DNA from: Nitrospinota bacterium
GTDB taxonomy: Bacteria > UBA8248
Length of the DNA: 33,599 bases
Direction: 5' to 3'
NCBI GenBank assembly: GCA_011523725.1
Contig: WTGD01000348.1
Location: forward strand, 1-33,599
Each line of letters opens with the position of its first letter. Position 1 is the first letter of the stretch. Made by a program: the position numbers and the translations under genes. Shown here piece after piece: positions 1-8,289 of the stretch. The notes beneath the pieces were generated by a model, which was not told where the DNA came from, did no database searches, and saw nothing but the letters and a program-made list of their open reading frames with translations.

Positions 1-321
1 GCCCGGTTCTGCGGGAGAGTCCGGCTCACGGCCCGAAACGCTGCGATTCGCATACCGTCCGCCGATCGCAACGACCACGTTCATCTTTTCGCGCAATTTT
101 ATTTCGCTCGTCTTCCAGGCGTCTTCCGTTCCCTGGAGGACTCCGAGTGTTTCCAGGCGGTCGATCGGCGCATTCTCGGGCGCGGCGACGACTTCACCCA
201 GCGCGATTCCGTTCGAGGGAACAGGCCCGGGGTCGGGCGTGAAATCCGTCTCAAACGCATACGGGCTTTCAGGAGACAGGAACAATCCTCGGGCGGTAGT
301 TGCGAAATGATCGGTTTGCAA
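1..321 (-). CDS. hypothetical protein, truncated by the window edge; start uncertain (TTG at 321 or ATG at 84)
   Basis: The minus-strand frame is open from the stop at 325-327 to position 1, with mostly G/C third positions. Hand translation ends ...TEDAWKTSEIKLREKMNVVVAIGGRYANRSVSGREPDLPAEPG. It is absent from the ORF track because it runs off the edge. It lies 14 nt downstream of the ATP-grasp gene on the same strand. No family recognised. Confidence 0.35.
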   Translation of the reverse strand, partial: MQTDHFATTARGLFLSPESPYAFETDFTPDPGPVPSNGIALGEVVAAPENAPIDRLETLGVLQGTEDAWKTSEIKLREKMNVVVAIGGRYANRSVSGREPDSPAEPG

Positions 322-334
322 TTGTCACCTTGTC

Positions 335-1801
335 CTAAGCGGGAGAAAGAGCAAGACGGCGCGTGAAAATATCTATCATTTCCCGGGCGGCGGGGGATAT
401 CTGCTCCTCCCCCCCTTCATAGATGGATGAGACGCCCTCGAGCTTACAGAACGCTCCCCTCGGCTCTACTATGGTGCCTTTCGCCGGGGGAGAGCAAGTG
501 ACAAGCACCTCGTCCTGGTCTTGAACGTCGCTCAGGCGATAACCCCGCCGGATGAATTCGGGCCTCCCGTTTTGGATGGCGTAGATGCCGGGTTCCAGCG
601 AGTCGCCGATTCGCACTCTTGAAAGACTCGTGTTTCGAATCAAAAGCTGGAAACCGGACAAATCCGGTCGGCTGAGATCGGCGGGCAAATCCTGATGCGC
701 GTCGAGCGCGGCGCCCGGCTTCAGGAATTCGGCCAAATGCCAAAATGTGGTGGTGGGTGCGCTGCCCTGGATTTCCTCGAGTTCGGTCATCAGTTGCGTG
801 GTTCCCAGCACGCGGGGGTTGAGTTCGAGAGCGTAGGGTTCGTCTCGATGGACGATGAAATCGACGCCGTATATTCCCCGGTAGCCCGCCTCGGCGATCC
901 ATTCTCCGATTTTCAGCGTGAATTCCTCGATTTTTCGCCGGCTCTCCAATGAAACCAGCCGATACGCCGCATAGTCGCTGCCTGCATAATCGAATCGGTG
1001 CATGGAGCAGCCGGGAATGCCCGTGAACATCACCGAAGGGTGGGACATCCAGGGCTTGCCGTTATAAATCAGCCCCGCCGTGCCGACGGCGGGACCGCTC
1101 AGAAACGTGCTCACGATCACCGGCGCATCAGGGCCCAGTGTTTCGATGAGTTCATCGCGTTTATTCGCGAGCGCCTCGGCCGAGTCGATGAGATGCGTCT
1201 GGTTGCCCGAGGAGCCGATTCGCTCCGAAATGATCATGACCGGCCCGAATTCTTCCAGATGCTTGAGTCCAAGATCGCCCAACGCCGCCACGTCGCCCGG
1301 GGGAACGTCGAACCCCGTTTCGACCGCCTGGCGCCGGAACGCTATCTTGTCGTCGAACCTCGTCTTGATTTCCACCGGGTTCGCCAGGATGCGGAGCCTG
1401 CCCTCGGCTTGTTCTGCGAGTTTGCCGAGGAATTCCGTGGAGCGGTAGGGGATGACGTACCGGGGCGTATCCCCTTGCGAGAGATATTGGCGAATCTGCT
1501 CACCCAGCGCGCCTTCGTAGGCCTCTACGAGCGATGAATGCGTCCATACGATTCGCCTGTTTCTCCCGCGCTCCACGGCGAAATAGCGCAGGCGCCTGTC
1601 CCATTCGGGCCCGTCGAGCCCGTAGTCGCAGGCGATGAGGAAATCGAGGGGGACGATGTTTTCCACCGTAATCGAATCGACCGCGCGCAGGCCCTGGAAA
1701 CCGAACGTCGCGCCGTCCGGAACGGCGGATATCAGGATGTCGTTGAAATCATTTTTCGTGTGAGAAGGCAAGGAAGGTGTTCCTTCACCGAGAATCATCA
1801 C
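335..1801 (-). CDS. ATP-grasp domain ligase (carboxylate-amine/peptide ligase type), substrate unknown
   Basis: 488-aa ORF. It carries the ATP-grasp core signature ...AGYRGIYGVDFIVHRDEPYALELNPRVLGTT..., preceded by a glycine-rich segment (ERIGSSGNQTHLI). It also has a ~130-aa N-terminal pre-ATP-grasp-like region and a ~120-aa C-terminal extension. Confidence 0.75.
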   Translation of the reverse strand: MMILGEGTPSLPSHTKNDFNDILISAVPDGATFGFQGLRAVDSITVENIVPLDFLIACDYGLDGPEWDRRLRYFAVERGRNRRIVWTHSSLVEAYEGALGEQIRQYLSQGDTPRYVIPYRSTEFLGKLAEQAEGRLRILANPVEIKTRFDDKIAFRRQAVETGFDVPPGDVAALGDLGLKHLEEFGPVMIISERIGSSGNQTHLIDSAEALANKRDELIETLGPDAPVIVSTFLSGPAVGTAGLIYNGKPWMSHPSVMFTGIPGCSMHRFDYAGSDYAAYRLVSLESRRKIEEFTLKIGEWIAEAGYRGIYGVDFIVHRDEPYALELNPRVLGTTQLMTELEEIQGSAPTTTFWHLAEFLKPGAALDAHQDLPADLSRPDLSGFQLLIRNTSLSRVRIGDSLEPGIYAIQNGRPEFIRRGYRLSDVQDQDEVLVTCSPPAKGTIVEPRGAFCKLEGVSSIYEGGEEQISPAAREMIDIFTRRLALSPA

Positions 1802-1995
1802 AAGTGTCCATGCGGCCCCGAAATCGAAAAACAGGCGATTCTAATTCGATAACCTCACGGATATCAAGGCAATTCGACGATTCGGGAAACGGCGATTTCA
1901 CTCCTCGGGAGTTTCTGCAACCTACCGTGCGCTATGCTAGGATACGGGGCGTCCCGACTCACGAAATATTGGCACCTTGGCGCGAGAACAGGTGA

Positions 1996-2928
1996 ATGTC
2001 CGAAGATAGAAAAATGTCCGAATCTGCTTTTGGTGCGGATGAATACCCCATGATGTCGGAATCGGAACTCAGGTGGGAGATATTCCGCCGGAGCCTGATG
2101 CGCGCCAAACCGGCGATGCTCGGCGGCGTTTTTCTCATTCTGCTGGTGGTCGTTTCTCTTACCGCCCCTCTCATCGCGCCGCAAGACCCGGGCATGGTGG
2201 ACGTCAACCTGCGCCTGAAGCCTCCCGTCTGGGTGGAGGGAGGGAGCGCGAGCTACATGCTGGGAACCGACGCGCTGGGCCGGGACATTCTGAGCCGGCT
2301 CATGTACGGGGGCCGCGTCTCCATTCTGGTGGGCTTGAGTTCGGTGGTGATTTCAGGAGTCATCGGCATCGTCCTGGGTCTGGTCTCGGGCTTTTTCGGC
2401 GGGAAAATCGACGATCTCATCAGCGGATTCTCCGAAATCCAACTGGCGTTTCCCTTCATTCTCCTGGCCATCACGATCATGGCGGTCGTCGGGCCGGGGC
2501 TGCTGAACATCATCGTGGTGCTGGGGATCAGCCGGTGGGTGGCGTACGGCCGCGTGGTGAGAGGGCAGGTCATCTCGATCAGGGAGCGCGAATTCGTGGA
2601 GGCCACCCGCGCCCTGGGCTATCCGTTGTACCGCATATTGTTCATGCAGATTCTGCCCAACACCCTCTCGCCTCTCATCGTCATCGCCACCTTCGCCGTG
2701 GCGGGAAACATCATTTCCGAATCATCCTTAAGTTTCCTGGGTCTCGGTGTCCCGCCCTCGGTCGTCACCTGGGGGGGCATGCTCTCCGAAGGACGCGAAT
2801 ATCTGCGCGGCGCCTGGTGGATGGCGACTTTTCCGGGTCTCGCCATCATGGCGACGGTTTTGAGCATCAACCTCATCGGCGACTGGCTGCGGGACTACAT
2901 GGACCCCCGCCTCGGCGATGATATGTAG
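1996..2928 (+). CDS. ABC transporter permease, dipeptide/oligopeptide DppC/OppC type
   Basis: 310 aa with multiple hydrophobic spans. N-terminal ...LTAPLIAPQDP... and the EAA-loop region ...REFVEATRALGYPLYRILFMQILPNTLSPL... are typical of peptide-type binding-protein-dependent permeases. AGGTGA lies upstream of the ATG. Confidence 0.9.
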   Translation: MSEDRKMSESAFGADEYPMMSESELRWEIFRRSLMRAKPAMLGGVFLILLVVVSLTAPLIAPQDPGMVDVNLRLKPPVWVEGGSASYMLGTDALGRDILSRLMYGGRVSILVGLSSVVISGVIGIVLGLVSGFFGGKIDDLISGFSEIQLAFPFILLAITIMAVVGPGLLNIIVVLGISRWVAYGRVVRGQVISIREREFVEATRALGYPLYRILFMQILPNTLSPLIVIATFAVAGNIISESSLSFLGLGVPPSVVTWGGMLSEGREYLRGAWWMATFPGLAIMATVLSINLIGDWLRDYMDPRLGDDM

Positions 2929-2958
2929 GTGTTTCGTTTTTCTGAAGGGAATTTGCGC

Positions 2959-4506
2959 ATGAAAAGGGCCTTGTTGTGCGGATTTTGCCTGCTGCTCGTG
3001 GCGCTCGCCGCCTGCGGCCGCGAAGCGAAAGAAGGGCCCTTTACGGTTCTCCTCTCGGTGGAAGCCAACACGCTCGACCCCCATTTCGCCACGGCCACCA
3101 TCGAGTGGAGCATATTGATGAACATGTTCGACCCGCTCATCGAGCGGCGCGCAGACATGACGCTGGGCCCCGCTCTGGCCGAACGCTGGGAGGTGGACGA
3201 GACGAAAAAGGTCTGGACGTTTCATCTCCGCAAGGGGGTGAAGTTTCATAACGGCGAGCCGTTCGACGCCGAATCCGTGCGCTACACGTTCGAGCGGATG
3301 CGCGACAAGAAGCTCAAGCCCCGCATCACGGTTTACCGGAGGATTTTCCTGGAAAGGATAGAAAAGGTGGACTCCCACACCGTGAAGATTCACACGAAGC
3401 GCCCGGTCGCCACCCTGCCTGTGTGGATGGTGAACGCGTTCATGTTGCCGCCAAAGTATTATTCATCGACCCCGCCCAAGGAGCTGCTGAAAAAACCCGT
3501 GGGCACGGGGCCATACAGGCTGGTGCAATGGATCAAGGACGACCGCATCGAGATGAAGGCCAACGAGGGCTGGTGGCGGGGCAGGCCCGCGATAGAAAAG
3601 GTGATCTGGCGACCGGTGTCGGAGGCTTCGGCCCGCATCGCGGAGCTTGAAACCGGCGGGGCCGACGTCATCATGAACATCTCGCCCGATCAGTCGAAAG
3701 CCATCATCAACAGCCAAGAGGGTCTCCAGTTCAAGGGGGCTCGGGGTGGACGCAGGATCTATCTGGGGATTCGCACGGACCATGCGGTGCTCGGCGACCC
3801 CCGCGTCCGACGGGCGCTGAACCACGCGATTGATTTCGAGGCCATCGTCAAGAACGTATTTCTGGGCCATGGATCGCGGATGAGGAGCATCGTCAACGCC
3901 CCGAACGCCGACCCGGACATCAAGGCGTACGCATACGATCCCCAAAAGGCCAAAGCGCTCCTCACCGAGGCCGGCCTCAAGGACACGAATGGGGACGGTG
4001 TGCTGGAAGCGAACGGAAAACCGTTTGATGTAAAACTTGAAGTACCATCTTCCAGATATCTGAAAGGAAAGGAGATGGCGGAATTTTTAGCGGCTTATTT
4101 CCGTGACGTGGGCGTCCATGTGGAGGTCATTCCCCTGGAGTGGTCCGTTTTCCTCGCCAGAAGAAGGAAAAAGACGCTCGCGCCCTTGTATTTTCACGGG
4201 TTCAGCTCCGCCTTCAACGAAGAACTCGACCTGGGCGTGTTGAGGCCCAACCTTTTTGCGAACCTCACCGCCTGGAGAAACCGCGAGTTCATTCAAAGTT
4301 ACAAGTTGCTCGGCCAGACGTTCGACCCCGCCGGGCGCAGGCGGATCAGTTACCGGATGCAGCGCATCGTTCGTGAGGAAAGCCCGTGGGTGTTCCTCTG
4401 GAACCAGTATGATTTTTTCGGGCTAAGCGCGAGGACGCAGTGGACGCCGAGGCCGGATGAGAGAATCTACCTGCCCACGATTCGCTTGAAAGAGGCGAAA
4501 GAATAG
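2959..4506 (+). CDS. ABC transporter substrate-binding lipoprotein, family 5 (peptide/nickel/opine type)
   Basis: The track ORF is 2929..4506. I place the start at ATG 2959 (GAAGGGA 8 nt upstream), which gives the lipoprotein signal MKRALLCGFCLLLVALAAC. The family-5 signature is present: ...LDPHFATATIEWSILMNMFDPLIER...ERWEVDETKKVWTFHLRKGVKFHNGEPF... Confidence 0.9.
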   Translation: MKRALLCGFCLLLVALAACGREAKEGPFTVLLSVEANTLDPHFATATIEWSILMNMFDPLIERRADMTLGPALAERWEVDETKKVWTFHLRKGVKFHNGEPFDAESVRYTFERMRDKKLKPRITVYRRIFLERIEKVDSHTVKIHTKRPVATLPVWMVNAFMLPPKYYSSTPPKELLKKPVGTGPYRLVQWIKDDRIEMKANEGWWRGRPAIEKVIWRPVSEASARIAELETGGADVIMNISPDQSKAIINSQEGLQFKGARGGRRIYLGIRTDHAVLGDPRVRRALNHAIDFEAIVKNVFLGHGSRMRSIVNAPNADPDIKAYAYDPQKAKALLTEAGLKDTNGDGVLEANGKPFDVKLEVPSSRYLKGKEMAEFLAAYFRDVGVHVEVIPLEWSVFLARRRKKTLAPLYFHGFSSAFNEELDLGVLRPNLFANLTAWRNREFIQSYKLLGQTFDPAGRRRISYRMQRIVREESPWVFLWNQYDFFGLSARTQWTPRPDERIYLPTIRLKEAKE

Positions 4507-4509
4507 ACG

Positions 4510-5427
4510 ATGGGCGCTTATCTTTTCAGACGATTTCTCCGGGCCATCGTGGTCGTAGTCGGCGTGAGCTTCATCTCGTTCGCCGTCTTGTTTCTATCGG
4601 GCGACCCGACCGACACCATGGTGGGTGAAGACTGGACGGTCGAGGAGGTCCAGAAGCTCAAAGAAGATTTGGGGCTGGACAAGCCCTGGTTCGTCCAGTA
4701 CGCGCTCTATGTGGGCCGCGCGGTGCAGGGGGACTTTGGAGAAAGCCTGCGCTACCGCCAGCCCGCGTTCGAACTCATCATGGAGCGTCTGCCGGCGACT
4801 CTGGAACTCGCCCTCGTGGCGCTGGTTCTCTCGATTATCCTGGCGTTTCCGGTAGGGGTCATCAGCGCGACGAAACGCGGTTCCCCGTATGACCACGGGG
4901 GGATGCTGTTCGCGCTCCTGGGGCAATCCATGCCCGTTTTCTGGCTCGGTTTGATGCTCATCCTCGTCTTCGGGGTGAGTCTGCGGTGGCTGCCCGTCAG
5001 CGGAAGGAGCGGCTGGGAGCATCTGGTCCTGCCCGCCATCGCGCTTTCCACCTACTCGATCGCGAGAAATGCGAGGGTGGTCCGAAGCTCCATGCTGGAG
5101 GTTCTGCGCCATGAATACGTGAAGACCGCCCGCGCGAAGGGACTCTCCGAGTGGATCGTCATCAACCTGCACGTGCTCAGAAATTCCATGATTCCGGTGA
5201 TCACGATCATCGGCCTGGAATTCGGGCATTTGCTGGGGGGTGCGGTGATCGTCGAGACAATTTTCTCCTGGCCGGGGGTGGGCAGGCTCCTGATTCAGGC
5301 CGTCTACGCCAAGGATTTCCCCCTGGTGCAGGCCTCGGTGACCATCACCGCCCTGATTTTCGTGTCCTTGAACCTCATTGTTGACTTGATGTATTCCGTC
5401 CTCGACCCAAGGGTGAGACTCCATTGA
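4510..5427 (+). CDS. ABC transporter permease, DppB/OppB type
   Basis: 305 aa. The N-terminus MGAYLFRRFLRAIVVVVGVSFISFAVLFLSGDP is the classic DppB/OppB start. The EAA-like region is ...EYVKTARAKGLSEWIVINLHVLRNSMIPV... It starts 3 nt after the binding-protein stop. Confidence 0.9.
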   Translation: MGAYLFRRFLRAIVVVVGVSFISFAVLFLSGDPTDTMVGEDWTVEEVQKLKEDLGLDKPWFVQYALYVGRAVQGDFGESLRYRQPAFELIMERLPATLELALVALVLSIILAFPVGVISATKRGSPYDHGGMLFALLGQSMPVFWLGLMLILVFGVSLRWLPVSGRSGWEHLVLPAIALSTYSIARNARVVRSSMLEVLRHEYVKTARAKGLSEWIVINLHVLRNSMIPVITIIGLEFGHLLGGAVIVETIFSWPGVGRLLIQAVYAKDFPLVQASVTITALIFVSLNLIVDLMYSVLDPRVRLH

Positions 5428-6362
5428 GCAGAACAGCCTATTTCTGGACGCCCGAATCTCTCATGCACGACAACGGCCGGCATGTGGAGAACGTGGAGCG
5501 CGCCAGACGCTTGACGCCCGAGAGAATTCTCCCCCAGGTCCCTTCGCTCAGACGCATGGAAATCATGCCCCACGATGCGAGTGAGTGGGTATTGCGGGTG
5601 CATGAGGAATCGCACCACAGTTTCGTGCGCGAGGCGTGCGCCGGCGGCAGGTGCATTCTGGATGGCGGGGACACGCTGGCCGGCCCCGGAAGCTATGAGG
5701 CCGCCCTGGCCTCCGTGGATGCGGCCCTGAGTGCGGCGGATACCGTCATGACCGGTGAAGTGGATAACGCCTTTTGCGCCGCCAGACCGCCGGGACACCA
5801 CGCCTTGCCCTTTCAGTCGATGGGTTTTTGCCTGTTCGCCACCGCCTCCATCCTGGTTCGGTATCTACAGGAAAAACATGGGCTCCGGAGAATCGCCGTG
5901 GTGGATTGGGACGTGCACCACGGAAACGGCACGCAGCATATCTTCTGGCGCGACGCGGACGTGTTTTTCGTCTCCCTGCATCAGCATCCCCACTACCCCG
6001 GAACGGGCCTTTCGGGCGAGACGGGAGAAGGCGCCGGGGAGGGTACGACGCTGAACATTCCCGTTGCGGCGGGAATGCCCGAGGAGGAATACCTGGCGAG
6101 GTTTCAAGAGACCGTCATCCCCGCCATCGAGGCGCACGGGCCCGAGGCGGTCGTCGTATCGGCGGGCTTCGACGCGCACCGAGACGACCCGCTCGGGGGG
6201 CTGATGATCACGGAAGCCGGGTTCGCCCGCCTGACCGGGTGGGTGAAGGCGCTTGCCGAGAGCCTTTGCGAAGGGCGGCTCATCTGTCTGCTCGAGGGTG
6301 GGTACAACCTCGACGCATTAGAACGCTCCGTCGTCGCACACTTGCGGGAACTCTCCGCATAA
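5424..6362 (+). CDS. histone deacetylase-family (arginase-fold) deacylase, AcuC / acetylpolyamine amidohydrolase-like
   Basis: 312 aa. Catalytic and metal-site motifs are ...CAARPPGHHA..., ...VDWDVHHGNGTQ... and ...VVSAGFDAHRDDPLG... The TTG start overlaps the permease stop (TTGA at 5424-5427). Confidence 0.85.
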   Translation: MSRTAYFWTPESLMHDNGRHVENVERARRLTPERILPQVPSLRRMEIMPHDASEWVLRVHEESHHSFVREACAGGRCILDGGDTLAGPGSYEAALASVDAALSAADTVMTGEVDNAFCAARPPGHHALPFQSMGFCLFATASILVRYLQEKHGLRRIAVVDWDVHHGNGTQHIFWRDADVFFVSLHQHPHYPGTGLSGETGEGAGEGTTLNIPVAAGMPEEEYLARFQETVIPAIEAHGPEAVVVSAGFDAHRDDPLGGLMITEAGFARLTGWVKALAESLCEGRLICLLEGGYNLDALERSVVAHLRELSA

Positions 6363-6398
6363 CGGGTTTCAGACTTGTTTCAAGGATAGATCAGAAAT

Positions 6399-6414
6399 TT
6401 AGTTGACTAACTAA
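6399..6414. promoter_or_regulatory. inverted repeat TTAGTT-GACT-AACTAA, candidate TetR operator
   Basis: 6-bp perfect arms separated by 4 nt. It overlaps the -35 hexamer of the promoter in front of the TetR gene. It is short, so chance occurrence in this AT-rich spacer is possible. Confidence 0.3.
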
Positions 6415-6431
6415 CTAATAAATTTTATACT
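6403..6431 (+). promoter_or_regulatory. sigma70-type promoter, TTGACT - 17 nt - TATACT
   Basis: -35 TTGACT at 6403-6408, a 17-nt spacer, and -10 TATACT at 6426-6431. It sits in the AT-rich 143-nt gap upstream of the TetR/HtrA/CopA/CopZ genes. Confidence 0.6.
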
Positions 6432-6505
6432 TGCCTCGTGTATCGCTTTACGGCCGACTCAGGAGTTTCGGCGCTGCGAAGCAATTTTTCAATTTACCGA
6501 GACGG

Positions 6506-7135
6506 ATGATGATAGAAACAGCAACGGCGACGCCCAAGGCGTCCGCGACAAAGCGCAAAATCATCGAAGCGGCCGCGAGGCTCGTCTATCACAAAGGGTT
6601 TCACGCCACCTCGCTCGATATGGTGGCGCAGGCCGCCCGGGTGAACCGGGGGAGTCTGTACTATTTTTTCCGCTCCAAGAAGAACCTGGGCCTCGCCGTC
6701 ATCAATCACTATGAATCGCTTCTACATCAGAATTACCTCTCCCCCTCGTTTGATATCGAATCGAGCGGGCGCGAGAAAATCAGGCGTCTGGCGGAATCCT
6801 ACGCCCGTATGCCGATTCAGGACTCCCCATGCTGCGGATGCCCCATCGGCAACCTTTCGCTGGAGTTGAGCGCTTTGGACGAGGAGATGCGCTTGCGGTT
6901 GAAAAGGGTGTGGGACGGGGTTTTCGAGAGAATCGCCCTCGTATTGGCGCAGTCCAAAGAGGAGGGAGATCTTCCAGAGGAGCTTGAACCGCTCGCGCAT
7001 GCGCGCGCTTTTTTCTCTCAGATTCAGGGCGCGCATATCATCGCGAGGTGTTCGCAGGATGAGGCGTTTTTGCGCGAAGACTGCGAGCGTGCTTTCATGG
7101 GCCTGCCCTGGGCGCAAAACGGGGAGTCGAAATGA
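6506..7135 (+). CDS. TetR/AcrR family transcriptional regulator
   Basis: The track ORF starts at TTG 6431, but that codon sits inside the predicted -10. I use the in-frame ATG at 6506 (MMIETATA...). The TetR HTH is ...RKIIEAAARLVYHKGFHATSLDMVAQAARVNRGSLYYFF... The ligand domain contains CCGCPIGNL. Confidence 0.85.
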   Translation: MMIETATATPKASATKRKIIEAAARLVYHKGFHATSLDMVAQAARVNRGSLYYFFRSKKNLGLAVINHYESLLHQNYLSPSFDIESSGREKIRRLAESYARMPIQDSPCCGCPIGNLSLELSALDEEMRLRLKRVWDGVFERIALVLAQSKEEGDLPEELEPLAHARAFFSQIQGAHIIARCSQDEAFLREDCERAFMGLPWAQNGESK

Positions 7136-8280
7136 ACGGGGGAGGTCGTGAATTCAGGCGTGCAGGCCCCACCTATTCCAGCGGATGGCGGTGGATCGTC
7201 TGGTGTGTTTTCGTGCTGGGCGTCGTTCTCGCATGGCTTTTCGCAAGGGGTTATTTCGACACCCTTCACGACCCCGATGCCGTGCCCCGCGTCGTCACCC
7301 CGCGCGGAGACCTCGCTGCCGAGGAAAAATCCAACATCGAGCTGTTCCGACTCTCTTCCCCGTCTGTCGTCTACATCACGAAGCTGGCGATGCGGCGCGA
7401 TGGGTTCAGCCTCAATTTATTCGAGATCCCCCAAGGAACGGGTTCGGGCTTCTTCTGGAACGATCAGGGCCACGTCATCACGAATTTTCACGTCATCCGG
7501 GGGGCGAGCGCCCTGCGCGTCACCCTCGCCGATAATTCCGAGTGGGATGCGCGCGTGGTGGGGGTGTCGCCGGATCAGGATTTGGCGGTTTTGTTCATCA
7601 ATGCGCCGAAAAACCGGCTCAAGCCGATCGCCATCGGGCAGTCCTCCAACCTGCAGGTGGGCCAGAGGGTGTTCGCCATCGGCAACCCCTTCGGGCTGGA
7701 CCAGACGCTCACGACGGGGATCATCAGCGCACTGGGACGCGAGATCAACAGCGTGTCGGGCCGCAAGATCAGCGGCGTCATCCAGACCGATGCCGCGATC
7801 AATCCGGGCAATTCCGGGGGGCCTCTGCTGGACAGCGCCGGGCGCCTCATCGGCGTGAACACCGCTATTTTCAGCCCCTCCGGCTCCAACGCGGGCATCG
7901 GCTTCGCGGTTCCCGTGGATACCGTGAACAGGGTGGTGCCTGAGTTGATCCGTCACGGCCGCGTCATCAGGCCCGGGCTCGGCATTCACGTGGCCGACAG
8001 GGGGACGGCGGAGCGCTTCGGGGTGCGGGGCGTGTTGATCCTTCGCGTGCAAAAAGGCAGCGCGGCCGAAGGGGCGGGGCTGCGCGGCACCGGGAGGAAC
8101 CGGGGGGGCCGCCTCGTGCTCGGAGATGTGATCGTGGGCGTGGGGGAGAAATCCGTGTCCTCGCTCGATGATTTGCTGGACGCCCTCGATGCGCACAAGG
8201 TGGGTGACGTCGTGGAGGTTCATCTGACGCGCGACGGGAACCGGATGAGCGTGAGCGTAAAACTTCAGGCCCTGGGCTAG
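7132..8280 (+). CDS. S1C (HtrA/DegP/DegS-like) trypsin-type serine protease with one PDZ domain, membrane-anchored
   Basis: 382 aa with an N-terminal hydrophobic anchor (WRWIVWCVFVLGVVLAWLF). Catalytic His (VITNFHVI), Asp (DQDLAVL) and Ser (TDAAINPGNSGGPLLD) are present. A C-terminal PDZ-like segment is present (GVLILRVQKGSAAEGAGLR...GDVIVGV). The ATG overlaps the TetR stop (ATGA). Confidence 0.9.
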   Translation: MNGGGREFRRAGPTYSSGWRWIVWCVFVLGVVLAWLFARGYFDTLHDPDAVPRVVTPRGDLAAEEKSNIELFRLSSPSVVYITKLAMRRDGFSLNLFEIPQGTGSGFFWNDQGHVITNFHVIRGASALRVTLADNSEWDARVVGVSPDQDLAVLFINAPKNRLKPIAIGQSSNLQVGQRVFAIGNPFGLDQTLTTGIISALGREINSVSGRKISGVIQTDAAINPGNSGGPLLDSAGRLIGVNTAIFSPSGSNAGIGFAVPVDTVNRVVPELIRHGRVIRPGLGIHVADRGTAERFGVRGVLILRVQKGSAAEGAGLRGTGRNRGGRLVLGDVIVGVGEKSVSSLDDLLDALDAHKVGDVVEVHLTRDGNRMSVSVKLQALG

Positions 8281-8289
8281 GGGTGTGAC

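Noticed and set aside
6431-6505. N-terminal extensions implied by the ORF-track starts at 6431, 2929, 10744, 22011, 22060, 24137, 28282, 32276 and 19255
   Set aside because: These use TTG/GTG codons that overlap promoters or upstream genes, and they add sequence that does not resemble the family. Internal ATG codons with better SD spacing reproduce family-typical N-termini, so the shorter models were used. The exact starts remain predictions.
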